A program made the position numbers and the translations under genes. A DNA stretch of 64,000 nt from Eledone cirrhosa (taxonomy: Eukaryota). The DNA is taken from positions 14,074,001 through 14,138,000 of the forward strand of contig OZ024765.1 of assembly GCA_964016885.1 (NCBI GenBank), given 5' to 3'. Each line of letters begins with the position of its first letter. Positions within the stretch are counted from its first letter, which is position 1. Of the stretch, positions 25,269 to 38,799 are shown piece after piece. The notes beneath the pieces are model-generated. The model saw only the letters and a list, made by a program, of their open reading frames with translations. It made no database searches and was not told the origin of the DNA.

Positions 25269-26494
25269 ATATTTCACCAAAATTGTTTTAACTTGTCTCG
25301 GTTTGCATGGCTTTCGATAAGGTCAACACTTGTCATATCTATTTCATGTTTCTGATGGCTAATTGTTGAAAACTGCTTCAAATTTTTTAATTTTTGCTGA
25401 ACAAATAATTCTTTCTTCCCCAGTTGTCTCGGTTACAAATCTTTTTTTTTTAAATTTTATTATTTAAAAAAAAATTTTTTATTCATTTTTGAAAACACTT
25501 TCACCCATGTTATCATTTAAAACTGAATGTTAAACTGTATATAATGTGTATTATCGTCACTTATCTTAGCCATTTTGTGTCATGTTTCTCCTCCACACTG
25601 GCCTGGATTTGACATTCGTGTGTACAGTGGAACTTAGGTTAATGAACCGCAATCCTTAAGGTTGAAGAAACTATTTTTCTCCATAAGAGATTTTGAAAGA
25701 GAAATACAGAGACAGAGAGACTGTGTGTGAAAGACAGGTAGATACCACTATAGTAAGTGATGCTGTCTTGTCAATTCTCCCAGTTTGTCTCCAACCGTTG
25801 TTGCCGGATTGCATGTTTGTTATTTGTGACACCATTCATCAACCATCGAGATGTTTTATGTTCAGAAAAATTGTTCATGAACCAAGGTTCTATGTATATA
25901 TATATATTTAAATAAATATTCAGTAAAAAATGAACTATGTTTTTGTTTTGTGTAATTTTTTTTTTAATTAAGATTTCCATCTTATATAATGATACAAACA
26001 TTTGTATATATGTATCATCATCATCATCGTTTAACATCTATCTTCCATGCTAGCATGGGTTAGATGGGAATTGTCCCACTTGAGGCAAGATTGGTTGGGT
26101 GTCTGGCAGGTTTTCTATGGCTGGATGCCCTTCCTAACACCAACCACATTTACAGTGTGGACTGGGAGGTTTTTACCGTGTTACCTACAGGGCCACATTA
26201 CAGCGTGGACTGGGTTCTTTTTGTAGTGACACCTACATGACCTCTTTAGTTTGGACTGGATGTTGTGGTACCAACATAACTTTATATATATATGTATATA
26301 TGCGTGTGTAGCCTGCTGAATATATTAGTGTATATATATATATATATATATGTGTGTATACTGCTGGATATATGAGTGTATGTATATATGTATGTGTGTG
26401 TGTATAGTGTTAGATATGTGTGTATATAGTGTTTTATATATATATATATATGTGTGTGTGTGTAGTGTTGGATAAATGTATAGATGTATAAGTG

Positions 26495-27542
<1,048 letters not shown>

Positions 27543-27593
27543 TATATATATACACACACTCATATATCCAGCAGTTTACACACAAACACATAG

Positions 27594-30224
27594 CTACAAC
27601 ATCATTTCACACAACATGTCCATGGGAAAATTTAATAATAGGAATAGCAACTGCACACACACTAATAGGGATTGTAACAACAAGAGTAACCCGCACCACA
27701 GAAATGACCATAGGAACATTAAAGGAAACAAATCACCAGACATAAAAAACAGAAATAGAAGAAGAAATAATACATTTTTCAACCCTCCTTTCAATTTAAA
27801 CGTCTCTACCAACCTTCCTAGGGCTTTCTTCTCACTACTAGATAAACACTTCCCATCCGGCCACAGGTACCACGGCCTTTTAAACAAAAACACTATTAAG
27901 ATCTCATACTCTACTACGCCTAACTTAGCATACCACATAGCTAGTACAAATAAATGAAAAATTAATTCTTACTTCCAACAAACTAAATCACAACGGTCGA
28001 TAAACCTTCAAAATAACAGTCAAAGTAACATTATAACAAATAACCGTAATATCAATGGAAATAATAGTAATAGCACTAGTGGAAACATTAACGCTGCGTA
28101 CCACAACCCGCATAACCATAACCCTATAGCTAACCTCCAAACTTCTACACAGCATAGTAACCGGCAGACTAGCACCCAGAGTATTTGTAACTGTAGATCA
28201 AGTAGAACCTGCCCTTTAGATAAAAAATGCTTAACCAAGGATATCATATACTCATGTACAGTCACAACTAACAGCTCTTCTGAAACCAACATAGGCTCCA
28301 CTTCTAACTGCTTCAAAACTAGATACAATTCGCACCTCCACTCTTTCAAAAAACACAGTCTAGCCAACTCCACTTCACTATCTAGCTACATACACTATCT
28401 AAAAACTAAAAATAAAATATATACACTTAAATGGGAAGTGGTAGGTAGTGCAACATCGTACAAACCTGATAAATTTTGTAACCTCTGTCTACTAGAGACC
28501 CATACTATCATCTTCTCTAAACATAATCTCCTTAATAAAAAATCAGAAGTGTTCGCAAATTGCCAACACCGCTTCCGACACTCGTTCCAAAACTTTAAAC
28601 CCTATATATAATAATGTCAGACTGGAACCGGCACCACCCCTAGCAATTAACATCAGTAGCACACCTTACACCTCACATCCACACCCATCTCTATACTCTA
28701 AAGATAATACTGACAGCATTTTAGTACCACCTACCCTGGGAATACCCCCTTGTACCTCTAATACTGATATCTCGACCGTGGACTACTTATTCTGCATTGC
28801 ACAAATATAAGATTAGTATAAATTGGGGACACGGTACTGGTTGCGATAGCATAGTCCTGTGCATGGATTACCACCAAGAGATAGATTGATGATTAGATAG
28901 ATAATCGTATTGTTAAGTGATTATATACTGTAAGCGATCAGTTCATTGAATTATGCACGTACTCATCTTGATGTGGACTCCTTTAATACCTATTAATAGA
29001 CTCCACTCTAGCTTGGAGATGTGATACATAATTGATTTATATTTGAGACGGGGGTTGTCTATTGCTTGATGGCCAGACTAGTGCATTTATATGAGAGATC
29101 GGATCTCCAGACCTTACTGGAGATGCAGGCAAGCAATGACCCGGAGCCTACCGGGTGGCATATATAATAGTGGGACCATACCAGGTCCTACTGTTATATT
29201 ACATCTGCATGGAGCAGTGACTTGAGAGTCTGACTCCTCTTATGGAACGTTCAGATATGACACCCCTTAATTAATGGATGGTAATCATCCTAATATATAC
29301 ACCCTTGTACTTCTTAATGGACAACTCTCTAACCTATAAATGGGTAACATACTCTAGATATTAGTTATAACTTCACATGATAGGCACGTATTTGAATCAC
29401 CATTAATGTAGTTTAGCATAGTAATGTAACTAAGATAACTAGCTAGTTACCTCCCCTTACGCATTAATTCCCCTTAGTCATTCAGGCAATTCCGGAATCT
29501 GGACAGCATGATATATTAATTAAGAACCGACTGGATACGGTTTATAGCTTGACTATATGGCGAACCACTGCGAATTATACGATAGACGCGTGTTCTCTAT
29601 ATATATATTGCGTCTCATGGATTATGTGAGTGGTGGTGTGAGCAAGGACAGTGATACGACCTTGCCTACGATACAATAAGGTTTATAGTATGTTGAAGGT
29701 TTTTGATATTTTGCCGTTTCCCCGCATCCGAGACTGTATATCATACAGATGTATGACAATAAATGACTTAATAATTCAGCCTATATAATAAGATCGATTG
29801 CCTGCTTCAGCTGCCTGACCCTGCAAATATCATTCTGACGCACTCTAATCATGTATAGATAAGACACGCGTGCATGCTACACGGGAGATTGTTTCATACA
29901 CTGACTACTCTAAGCTTTCCTCTTGCTTTATCTACATAGACTGCCAACGCTTCATGTTTATCTTTATTTTCACTCTTATTTTCACTCTTGTTTTTATTTT
30001 ATTTTATTTTTATCCTGTAACCTTTATATGTAAATTGCCATGCTATATCATTTGATGAATGTCACCCCACTGTTGATCAATATGCGCATATGTTTTATGT
30101 GTCTCTTGGGTTGAAAAGGAGGTCAAGTATGTTATAAATAGTTGCTCCGAAGAATCCAAACCTCGGTTTGGAGGAAACAATTGTAAGCAAATAAATGACT
30201 TAAACTGAACTTTGATTACTGTAA

Positions 30225-30225
<1 letters not shown>
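27594..30225 (+). mobile_element. 5'-truncated Penelope-like retroelement: linker, GIY-YIG endonuclease, long 3' UTR, pLTR end
   Basis: FFNPPFNLNVSTN...LLDKHFP...NKNTIKISYS; CNC...CPLDKKCLTKDIIYSC...NIGSTSNCFKTRYNSHLHSF...KWEVV...CNLCLLE...LLNKKSE. One in-frame stop at 27955-27957; coding similarity ends about 28612. Confidence 0.9.
30142..30190 (+). ncRNA. Type-I hammerhead ribozyme at the PLE 3' end
   Basis: Stem I TTGCT/AGCAA, core CCGAAGA, stem II TCCAAAC/GTTTGGA, GAAA, palindromic stem III ACAATTGT, predicted GUA cleavage after 30185. Confidence 0.75.
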
Positions 30226-30255
<30 letters not shown>

Positions 30256-30256
<1 letters not shown>

Positions 30257-30900
30257 CTAGTCGAATTATCCGCGCCTTGCTGCCTTTCACACTTAAAATG
30301 ATTGATTTTAAATCAGTGATATAATTTATGAAGAAAAACTCTGCATTTCAATATTACTCAATGTAAAATGTAATGCATGAAAATAGGAAAATATTATTTT
30401 TTATAATATATCAAATCAAAATTATATTATTAAATCTTATTCTTATTTTGTTTCTTGTAAATAATTTTTTTTCAAAATATCAGTTCAAAATTTTTGTGAA
30501 TAGGCTTCATATCTCGTCATTTACCTATGGTTTAAATTTCATATAAATCGAAGGGAAACAGTTTTCAGCAGGGGTTTGTACCTCCGGAGAACCCTAATAG
30601 AGGGTTTAACCCCATTAGGGAGTCTTAATATAATTGAAATTTGCTGAATTTTTGTGAATAGGCATCATATCTTGTCATTTACCTATGGTTTAAATTTCAT
30701 ATAAATTGAAGAGAAAATATTTTCAGCGGGGTTTTGTGCTCCCGGGGAACCCTTTGATTAAAATGAAATATACTTATCCAAGTACCCTGGGCAATGTAGT
30801 TTCAGAATATATATGGTTATGGGGCGGGGGAGGGGGGGTCTATCTCCAAAACTATAGGAGGAGTTCGTAAACAAAGAAACAGACAGGAATACAATTTTAT
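30256..30900 (+). mobile_element. Non-autonomous Helitron-like element
   Basis: Starts ACTAG...CCGCGCCTTGCTGC and ends GGAGGAGTT...ACAGACAG...TTTTATATA, with an internal direct repeat; related reverse fragment at about 22335-22720. Confidence 0.5.
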
Positions 30901-30909
30901 ATATATATA

Positions 30910-31249
30910 TACACGCTCATATATCCAGCAGTCTACACACACATATATATACATACACACACTCATATACCCACCAGCACACACGCACACACACACATAT
31001 ATATATACATACACACACTCATATACCCAGCAGTCTACACACACCCACCCACATATACATGCACACATTCATATATCCAGCAGTCTACACACACATATAT
31101 ACATACACACACTCATATACCCACCAGCACACACGCACACACACACATATATATATATATACATACACACACTCATATACCCAGCAGCAGCACACACACA
31201 CACACCTATATATATATATATACACACACATTCATATATCCTGCAGTCT

Positions 31250-31280
<31 letters not shown>

Positions 31281-31308
31281 CATACACACACTCATATACT
31301 CAGCAGCG

Positions 31309-31340
<32 letters not shown>

Positions 31341-31382
31341 CATACACACACTCATATACCCAGCAGCACACACACACACACA

Positions 31383-31419
<37 letters not shown>

Positions 31420-31540
31420 TCATATATCCTGCAGTCTACACACACACATATATACATACACACACTCATATACTCAGCAGCGCACACACACACACACGCA
31501 CATATATATATATATATATATACGCATATCCAGCAGTCTC
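30910..31540. repeat. (TA/CA)-rich minisatellite with catatatccagcag core upstream of the AKR start
   Basis: Repeated cactcatatacccagcagcacac units; reverse-orientation copies at 26285-26480. Confidence 0.8.
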
Positions 31541-31558
31541 CATACCATATATGAAGTC

Positions 31559-31651
31559 ATGGCTGTAAGTGTTGACTACAACTACCTCGGTAACAGTGGC
31601 CTAAAAGTGTCCAATCTATGTTTTGGTGCTTTGACTGTTGGTTCTCCTAAA
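31559..31651 (+). CDS. Aldo-keto reductase (YajO/bacterial-type) exon 1
   Basis: MAVSVDYNYLGNSGLKVSNLCFGALTVGSPK then donor GTAAGT. Confidence 0.9.
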
Positions 31652-31694
31652 GTAAGTATTAAAACCCTTTTTTTACCTTATTTCTAATTATATA

Positions 31695-31760
31695 TTGGGT
31701 CGTCAAGGATGAAATTTGTAGGGAAAAAAAACATCTCTACAAATTTCATACTTGACCCAA
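31695..31760. mobile_element. Tiny mariner-type MITE/hairpin
   Basis: TA|TTGGGTC...ATGAAATTTGTAG / CTACAAATTTCAT...GACCCAA|TA. Confidence 0.6.
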
Positions 31761-32645
31761 TATAACAAGAGCGCAACATATTCCATTGGCAGGCCACTTT
31801 GAACATTGGAACACTATTAGAGCCATTAATATTTATTAACCCTTTAGCATTTACATTACTTTATATTTATTATTGTATTTTCACAGTAAAGGCTTTACCT
31901 CACATAATATCTCACATAACATTTACATTACTCTATATATACTATTGTATTGTCACAGTAAAGGCTTTACCTCACATAATATCTCACATAACATTTACAT
32001 TACTCTATATATACTATTGTATTGTCACAGTAAAGGCTTTACCCCACATCATCATCATCATCGTTTAACGTCCATCTTCCACGCTAGCAGGGGTTAGACG
32101 GGAGTTGTCCCACTTGAGGCAAGGTTGGTAGGGTGACCGTGTCTTTCTCGTATAGGACTGTCTGGCAGGTTTTCTACGGCTGGATGCCCTTCCTAACGCC
32201 AACCACATTTACAGTGTGGAACTGGGAACGTTTTACCGTGTTACCTACACGGCCACATTACAGCGTGGACTGTGTTTTTTTTGTCGTGACACCTACACGA
32301 TCTTGATCTCATTATCTCATTTATTTGGACTGGATGTGGTACCAACTTCATAGAGAGAGGGTGGTGTTAATGGGAGGATAGGGTAGGGGTAGTGGATTGG
32401 GGTGTATATTTGGTTAAGAGGTGCCTACTGACTAGGTTTCGCATTGTACATAGGCAAGGCGCGTCTTCTGTATTACTGCGTAGCACCAAAGATCTCGGTC
32501 CAGTGACATTGTCTTAGAAAGGTGCAAGTGTGTAAGGTCGGAATTTATCAGATCGTCCCAGGTTTTTCTGGGTCTACCTACTCTGTAACTACCATCAATT
32601 TTGATCGCCCTGCAATTTTTTATTCAGCTGTCGTCTTTCATGCGC

Positions 32646-32679
<34 letters not shown>

Positions 32680-33882
32680 ATATAATACATATACATACAT
32701 GTATAATTCATACATACATACATGCACCTCTCTAAGACAATGTCACTGGATTGAGATCTTTAGTGCCATGCAGTATTACAGAATACCCGCCTTCCCTACG
32801 TGCAAAGTTAACCTAACAGTAAGTGTGTTCTGTTATTATTTCTGGCAATATTATAACAATATGACCCTCCCCAAGTATAACAATATTTGTTTTGACACAC
32901 GATTTCATAATGGCACCAGTTTCAGCATTATATTCTTTTTTAACTGCAGATATGCATAATGTAGTTATGTTGCATATAATAAAATCGATTTATACGAATA
33001 ATAGAATCGATGAAATCCCTTTTCTCCATTCCCCTGAATCTGGAAGTTTGTGCTGAAGATAGAATTAGTATTTCAGTAACTCTGAATCTTTTTTGTCGCA
33101 AAATTATAAAGTCAACGTTGATTTTTTTTTCAAGACAGTAATACCTCTCAGGAATACCTCTCCTCCCCTCTCCCCCTTACTAATCCCAGTCAAAACCCCA
33201 AAAATTTAAACTACTACTTCTGTCAGCCAACTAACAAAGAACAAATGACAAGCGCAGACAGAGATATGTACTCTCCTCTCTAAATATGTATGTAAAAACT
33301 AATAATTTTTCTTCCCCCTTTTTATTATTCGTATAAATATGCATAAATATGCAGTTGAAAAAGCATATAATCCTGAAACCGGTGCCTAATGTACTGGGTA
33401 ATTGCTGGCCTTGTGCCAAAAGTAGAAACAATTATTAAATGCAGAAATATCCACTTTATAAATAAATGTTTTCATATTATACTGAAAGAATCTCTTCAGC
33501 ATTTTCTACTGAAAAAATCTTTTACCTCTCTACTATATGTAAAGTTATGTTGGTGCCGCGCCATCCAGGCCGAAACAAATGAGATCGTGTAGGTGTCACG
33601 ACAAAAAAACACACAGTCCACGCTGTAATGTGGCCGTGTAGGCAACACGGTAAAAACCTCCCAGCCCCACACTGTAAATGTGGTTGGTGTTAGGAAAGGC
33701 ATCCAACTGTAGAAAACCTGCCAGACAGTCCTATGCGAGCAAGACAATCACTCTTGCCTCAAGTGGGACTACCCCCGTCCAAACCCATGCAAGCGTGGAA
33801 CACGGACGTTAAACGTTGATGATGATGATGATATGTTATGGAATACTGTTAGCTTCTCGCTACAACAATTTCTATACTTTTC

Positions 33883-33938
<56 letters not shown>

Positions 33939-34464
33939 AACGCCAATAAATACACCAGGATTTTTTCATTCTGATGATTGAAAGCAAAATTTTTTTGCTT
34001 CTAAGATACCACTGGTAAATGAAATAATTGCCTTATGTTGTTTATTACATAACTATATATATATATATATGAATATGTGTGTGTGTGAGTGTCCACATAT
34101 ACAAGTGTGTGTATGTGTTTATCTGTATATATAATATATATATATATATATAGTGGTAGAACACTGGAAGGTAATATCTGTAGTGGTAGAGCACTCAGTC
34201 CATGGGACGAGTTAGGTATTACGAGGTGAGAATCCGCTAAGGTGAAACAATTGTTCTCGGTATGGTGAACTAACTGTTGTGTAACCACTTCTATATATAT
34301 ATATATGTAGGAGGTGAGTTTTATTGTCGTACAATAAAGCAATGCAGATATCGGATAAGAAGCACTCTACAGTTTGTAGGACTGGAGTATACATAATATA
34401 TAAGATCAAAAGATGGTTAAAAGAGTTCCATGTATTTTATTATGCACATTTCAAATATATATAT

Positions 34465-35490
34465 ATCATCATCACCGTTTTACGTCCGTTCTTCCACGCT
34501 AGCATGGGTTAGACGGGTTGTCCTGTTGTGGGCAGTGTCTGGTCGGCTGACCATGCCTTGCTCATACAGGAACTGATCTGGCTTGATTTCTACAGCTGGA
34601 TGCCCTTCCTAACACCAACCTCATTTACAGTGAGTGCTGGGTGCTTTTTCGTGGCGCCTACACGTCCACTTTACAGTGTGGGCTGGGTGCTTTTTTGCCG
34701 TGGCACCTCCACGACCACCTTGCGGTGGGGGGGGGGGGCATATTGTTTATATGCTTCAGCATGTACCCATGGGAGGTCGGGTACCCTGTATTACTGCGTG
34801 ACGCCAGAAGTCACGGTCGTGTGTCATTGACTTTGAGAGGTGTAGTTGGGTAAGGTCGGCTTTTATCACCTCATCCCAAGTCATCTTGGGTCTCCCCACT
34901 CCGCGGTTTCTATCAACTTCTAGTGCTCTGCACCTTTTTATGCAGCTGTCATCCTTCATACGCATCACATGTCCATACCAGCGTAACCGCCTCTCCTGCA
35001 CGCAGCATTTGATTCCTCTTATGCTCAGTCTCTCTCTCAATTCCTTTATGCTTTGTCGTTCACGTATATTACTGTTACACATCCATCGGAGCATGCAGGC
35101 TTCGTTTCTCTCTAATCTACGTAAGTCTTCCACCTTCAGCGCCCAGGTCTCACTACCATGCAACATCGCTGTTCGGATACACGCATCATACAGTCTGCCT
35201 TTCATTCTGAGGGAGAAGCATTTTGCAGCTAGCAGTGGTAGTAGTTCCCTAAACTTCTTCCATCCCGTTCTTACCCTAGTTATTGTACTTTCTGAGATCC
35301 CGCTACATCTCTTGTGTACCCATTGTTTGCATTTGGGGCAGAGAATGGAGTTCCTACCTACACCTTTCCTACATACTGAGCAAGGCCATTTCCCTGAGGG
35401 GATCTGGGTTCTGTTTTCTCGTCTACTTATAAGGACCTTAGTCTTTGTCATGTTGACTTTGAGGCCCTTTCTCTCTAGTCCCTGCTTCCA
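34465..35490 (-). mobile_element. RTE LINE 3' portion with PHD-like Cys motif
   Basis: ORF 34756-35451: KTKVL...WPCSVCRKGVGRNSILCPKCKQWVHKRCSG...LHGSETW...RLRWYGHV...GRPKMTW. Other fragments of the family at 36860-37130(-). Confidence 0.9.
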
Positions 35491-37260
35491 GGTATATATA
35501 TATATATATAAACCTGCAGCTTCGGAAGCATCCGATGATGTTGACCAGTTCTCCTTTTCGGGTAGTGTTTTTGATGCTCAGAGTGGAATTGGTCAAGTCC
35601 AAGCCCTTTCCCCACTTAAAAAACTTCAAAGCACAGGCATTGTTTGTTCAGGATCTGTTAGGGATTCGTGTGGCTGGCCGTAGCCTAAAAATGCAACAAA
35701 CTCTCTAATCTGACAAGCGATTGCAATATTCTTTGCAGAGAGTTTGCAGCCATGATGTGTGTGTCTAGGTATTGTAAATATTATAAACCAGATATACACA
35801 CAGGAAAGTATTTAATCTTGACATTGATAAATACTCATAAAATACTAAGATGGACTACTTTAAACAAAAGCTGGTGGTGTTGTAAGTTTGGGGTCTCAAA
35901 CTCTCATCAAATTTTATCTCTATTTCTCTCTATGTATTCACTTAATAGTTGACCTAAATCTTTATCTTGGTTTCTGAGAGTCTATTATCAGATATTTATT
36001 TCAAGGATCAGCTGAAGTATGCTGCTAGGACACCGGCCAAGGTTACATGTCTATATGATCCCCTCCCTACCTCTTCTTTTTCTTATATTTCATTGTATTT
36101 TGAATGTACGTGCATGTGTACATATATGTATGTGTGTATGTATAGATGGATGTATGCATGTATATATGTATGAATGTATGTATGTACATGTGTTTATAGA
36201 TATGTATGTATGTATGTATGTATGTATGTGTATATTTATATGTATGTATGTATGTACATGTGTATATAGATATGTATGTACATATGGGTGGATGAAAATA
36301 TGTATTTGTAACCCACTTTCCCTATGTGCAAAGTTTACCTACAGTCAGTAGGCACCTCTTAACCAAATATACACCTCAACGCACCACCCCTACTCCATCC
36401 TCCTACTCCCGTCAATACCGCCCTTTCTCTGTAAAGTTATGTTGGTACCACAACATCCAGTCCAAACTAAAGAGGTCATGTAGGTGTCACGACAAAAAGA
36501 ACCCAGTCCACGCTGTAATGTGGTCATGTAGGAGACACGGTAAAAAGGCTCCCAGTCCACACTGTAAATGTGGTTGGTGTTAGGAAGGGCATCCCGCCAT
36601 AGAAAACCTGCCAGATAGTCCTATACGAGCGAGACACGGTCACCCGACCAATCTTACCTCAAATGGTACAATTCCCGTCTAACCCATGCTAGCGTGGAAG
36701 ATAGACGTTAAACAATGATGATGATGTGTGTATGGATATATGTATGTAGGGTTTTAATATAAAGAGAAACCCTTTAAAATGTGTGGTTTGGTTTCTTATA
36801 ACCAGAGTTGGTATGAAAGGGGTTTTAATCATCATCATCATCATTTTACGTCCACTTTTCCCTCTTATACACAGTTTCTCTCTCAACTCATCTATGCTTG
36901 GTCGTTTATGCACATTGACATTGCACATCTAACAGAGCATGCTTGCTTCATTTCTCTCCAGCCGTCGCATATCCTCTGCTGTTGCTGCCCATGTCTCACT
37001 AATATGCAGCATCGCGCATCTCACACAGGCATCATATAACCGGCCTTTCGTACGCAGGGAGAAACCCTTCTTTGTCAACAGAGGAAGCAGCTCCCTAAAC
37101 TTCTTCCAGCCCGTCCTTATTCTAGATACTATAAATATAAGCCCTTTAAAATGGGTGATTTTGTTTCATAGAACCAGGTCCAGTTTGGCCAGGCTGGTAT
37201 GGAAAGGGTTAACAATTTCTGAGTTCAAATCTTGCTAAAGATTATTTGATTTTCTTGTAG

Positions 37261-37412
37261 GTTGGGAACATTATCCGTCCTGGTCAGTTAGATGATGCAA
37301 GTTCATTCCAGCTCCTTGACCGTTTTGCTGAATATGGCGGCAACTTTATTGACACAGCAGATACGTATTCATATCGAGAATCAGAAAGAATTGTTGGAAG
37401 TTGGCTTAGCAG
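37261..37412 (+). CDS. Aldo-keto reductase exon 2
   Basis: ...[32 protein letters not shown]; carries the catalytic Asp and Tyr. Confidence 0.92.
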
Positions 37413-37502
37413 GTAGGAATATGATCTTTAAACCTTTTCACACAAAACCACCCCTAAATTACCCCTGGTTCTATCAGACAAAACTCTTTGTTTTAAAGTA
37501 TA

Positions 37503-37674
37503 CAGGTAAAATTCCATTATAACAAATTTTTCGGTATAACGAAATTCTTTTCAATCCCCGAAGTAATAACAAACAAACACTCGATTTGTTTTACTTGATC
37601 TCGTTATAAAGAATTTTTCATTTCAATTTATTTTTTTATACCTAGTGAATTTTGTTATAATGGAATTTCACTGT
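37503..37674. mobile_element. pogo/Tigger-type MITE
   Basis: TA|CAGGTAAAATTCCATTATAAC...GTTATAATGGAATTTCACTG|TA. Confidence 0.65.
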
Positions 37675-37807
37675 ATATTTATTTATTTAAAAATTTTCCA
37701 TCATAATTATCTGTAAGAACTTTTGTTAACCATTTTCATATAAAACCACCTGAAACTGATCCTAGTTACTGTTTGTTTTAACCATTTAGCATTTAAACCA
37801 GCCATAT

Positions 37808-38148
37808 GGAGGCACATGGCTTAGTGGTTAGAGCATTGGCCTTGCAATCGAAAGGTTGTGAGTTCAATTCTCAGACCAGGTGATGTGTTGTTTCCTTGAG
37901 CAAGACACTTTATTTCACATTGCTCCAGTTTACTCAGCTATAGAAATGAGATGATAGGGACTGGGGTCCCTATCATTCCACTGCAAAGTGGTCGTGGAGG
38001 TGCCACGCCAAAAAAGCACCCAGCACTCACTGTAAATGAGGTTGGTGTTAGGAAGGGCATCCAGCTGTAGAAATCAAGCCAGAATCAGTTCCCGTCCCAC
38101 CCTTGCAAGCAGGGAAAAAGCGGACGTAAAATGAAATGATGAAATGAA
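37808..38148 (+). mobile_element. SINE family A inserted in a piggyBac MITE
   Basis: Full head-to-tail copy; partial copies at 3618-3720, 53076-53345 and 61456-61617. Confidence 0.85.
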
Positions 38149-38799
38149 ATATCCGGCCAGAATTCTCTCAAATTTTTCAGTTCAAACCAGCTGTAACCAG
38201 CTGCTCATACTGATGTTAAGGTATTGTTATCAAAATAAATAACATCAACATCTCATAGATTCAATATTATGTGAGACAATTATATGAGGTAAAGCCTTTA
38301 CCGTGAAAATATAATAGTAAATATAGAGTAATGTAAATGATAAAGGATTAAAGTATATATTTATTTATTTAAAAACTTTCCATCATAATTTTCTGTCAGA
38401 AGCTTTGTTAATCTTGTTAATAATAATAATAATAATAATAATATAATATTAATTTATGTTTAACCCTTTAGCATTCACATTAATTCTATATTTACTATTG
38501 TATTATATTTTCATGTTAAAAGCTTTATCTCGCATAAATATCTCACTTAATATCGAATCTATGAGATTTTGAAAATAATACCATAACATCTGTATGAGCA
38601 GCCAGTTACAGCTGGTTTGAACAGGAAGAGGTGAGAGAATTCTGGCCAGATACAGTCAGTTTAACGGCTAAAGGGTTAACAACAGTATGAGTGGCTGGTT
38701 ACACCTGGTTTGAACAGGAAGAGGTGAAAGAATTCTGGCCAGATACAGCCAGTTTAAATGCTTAAGGGTTAACATCAGTATGAGTGGTTGGTTACACGT

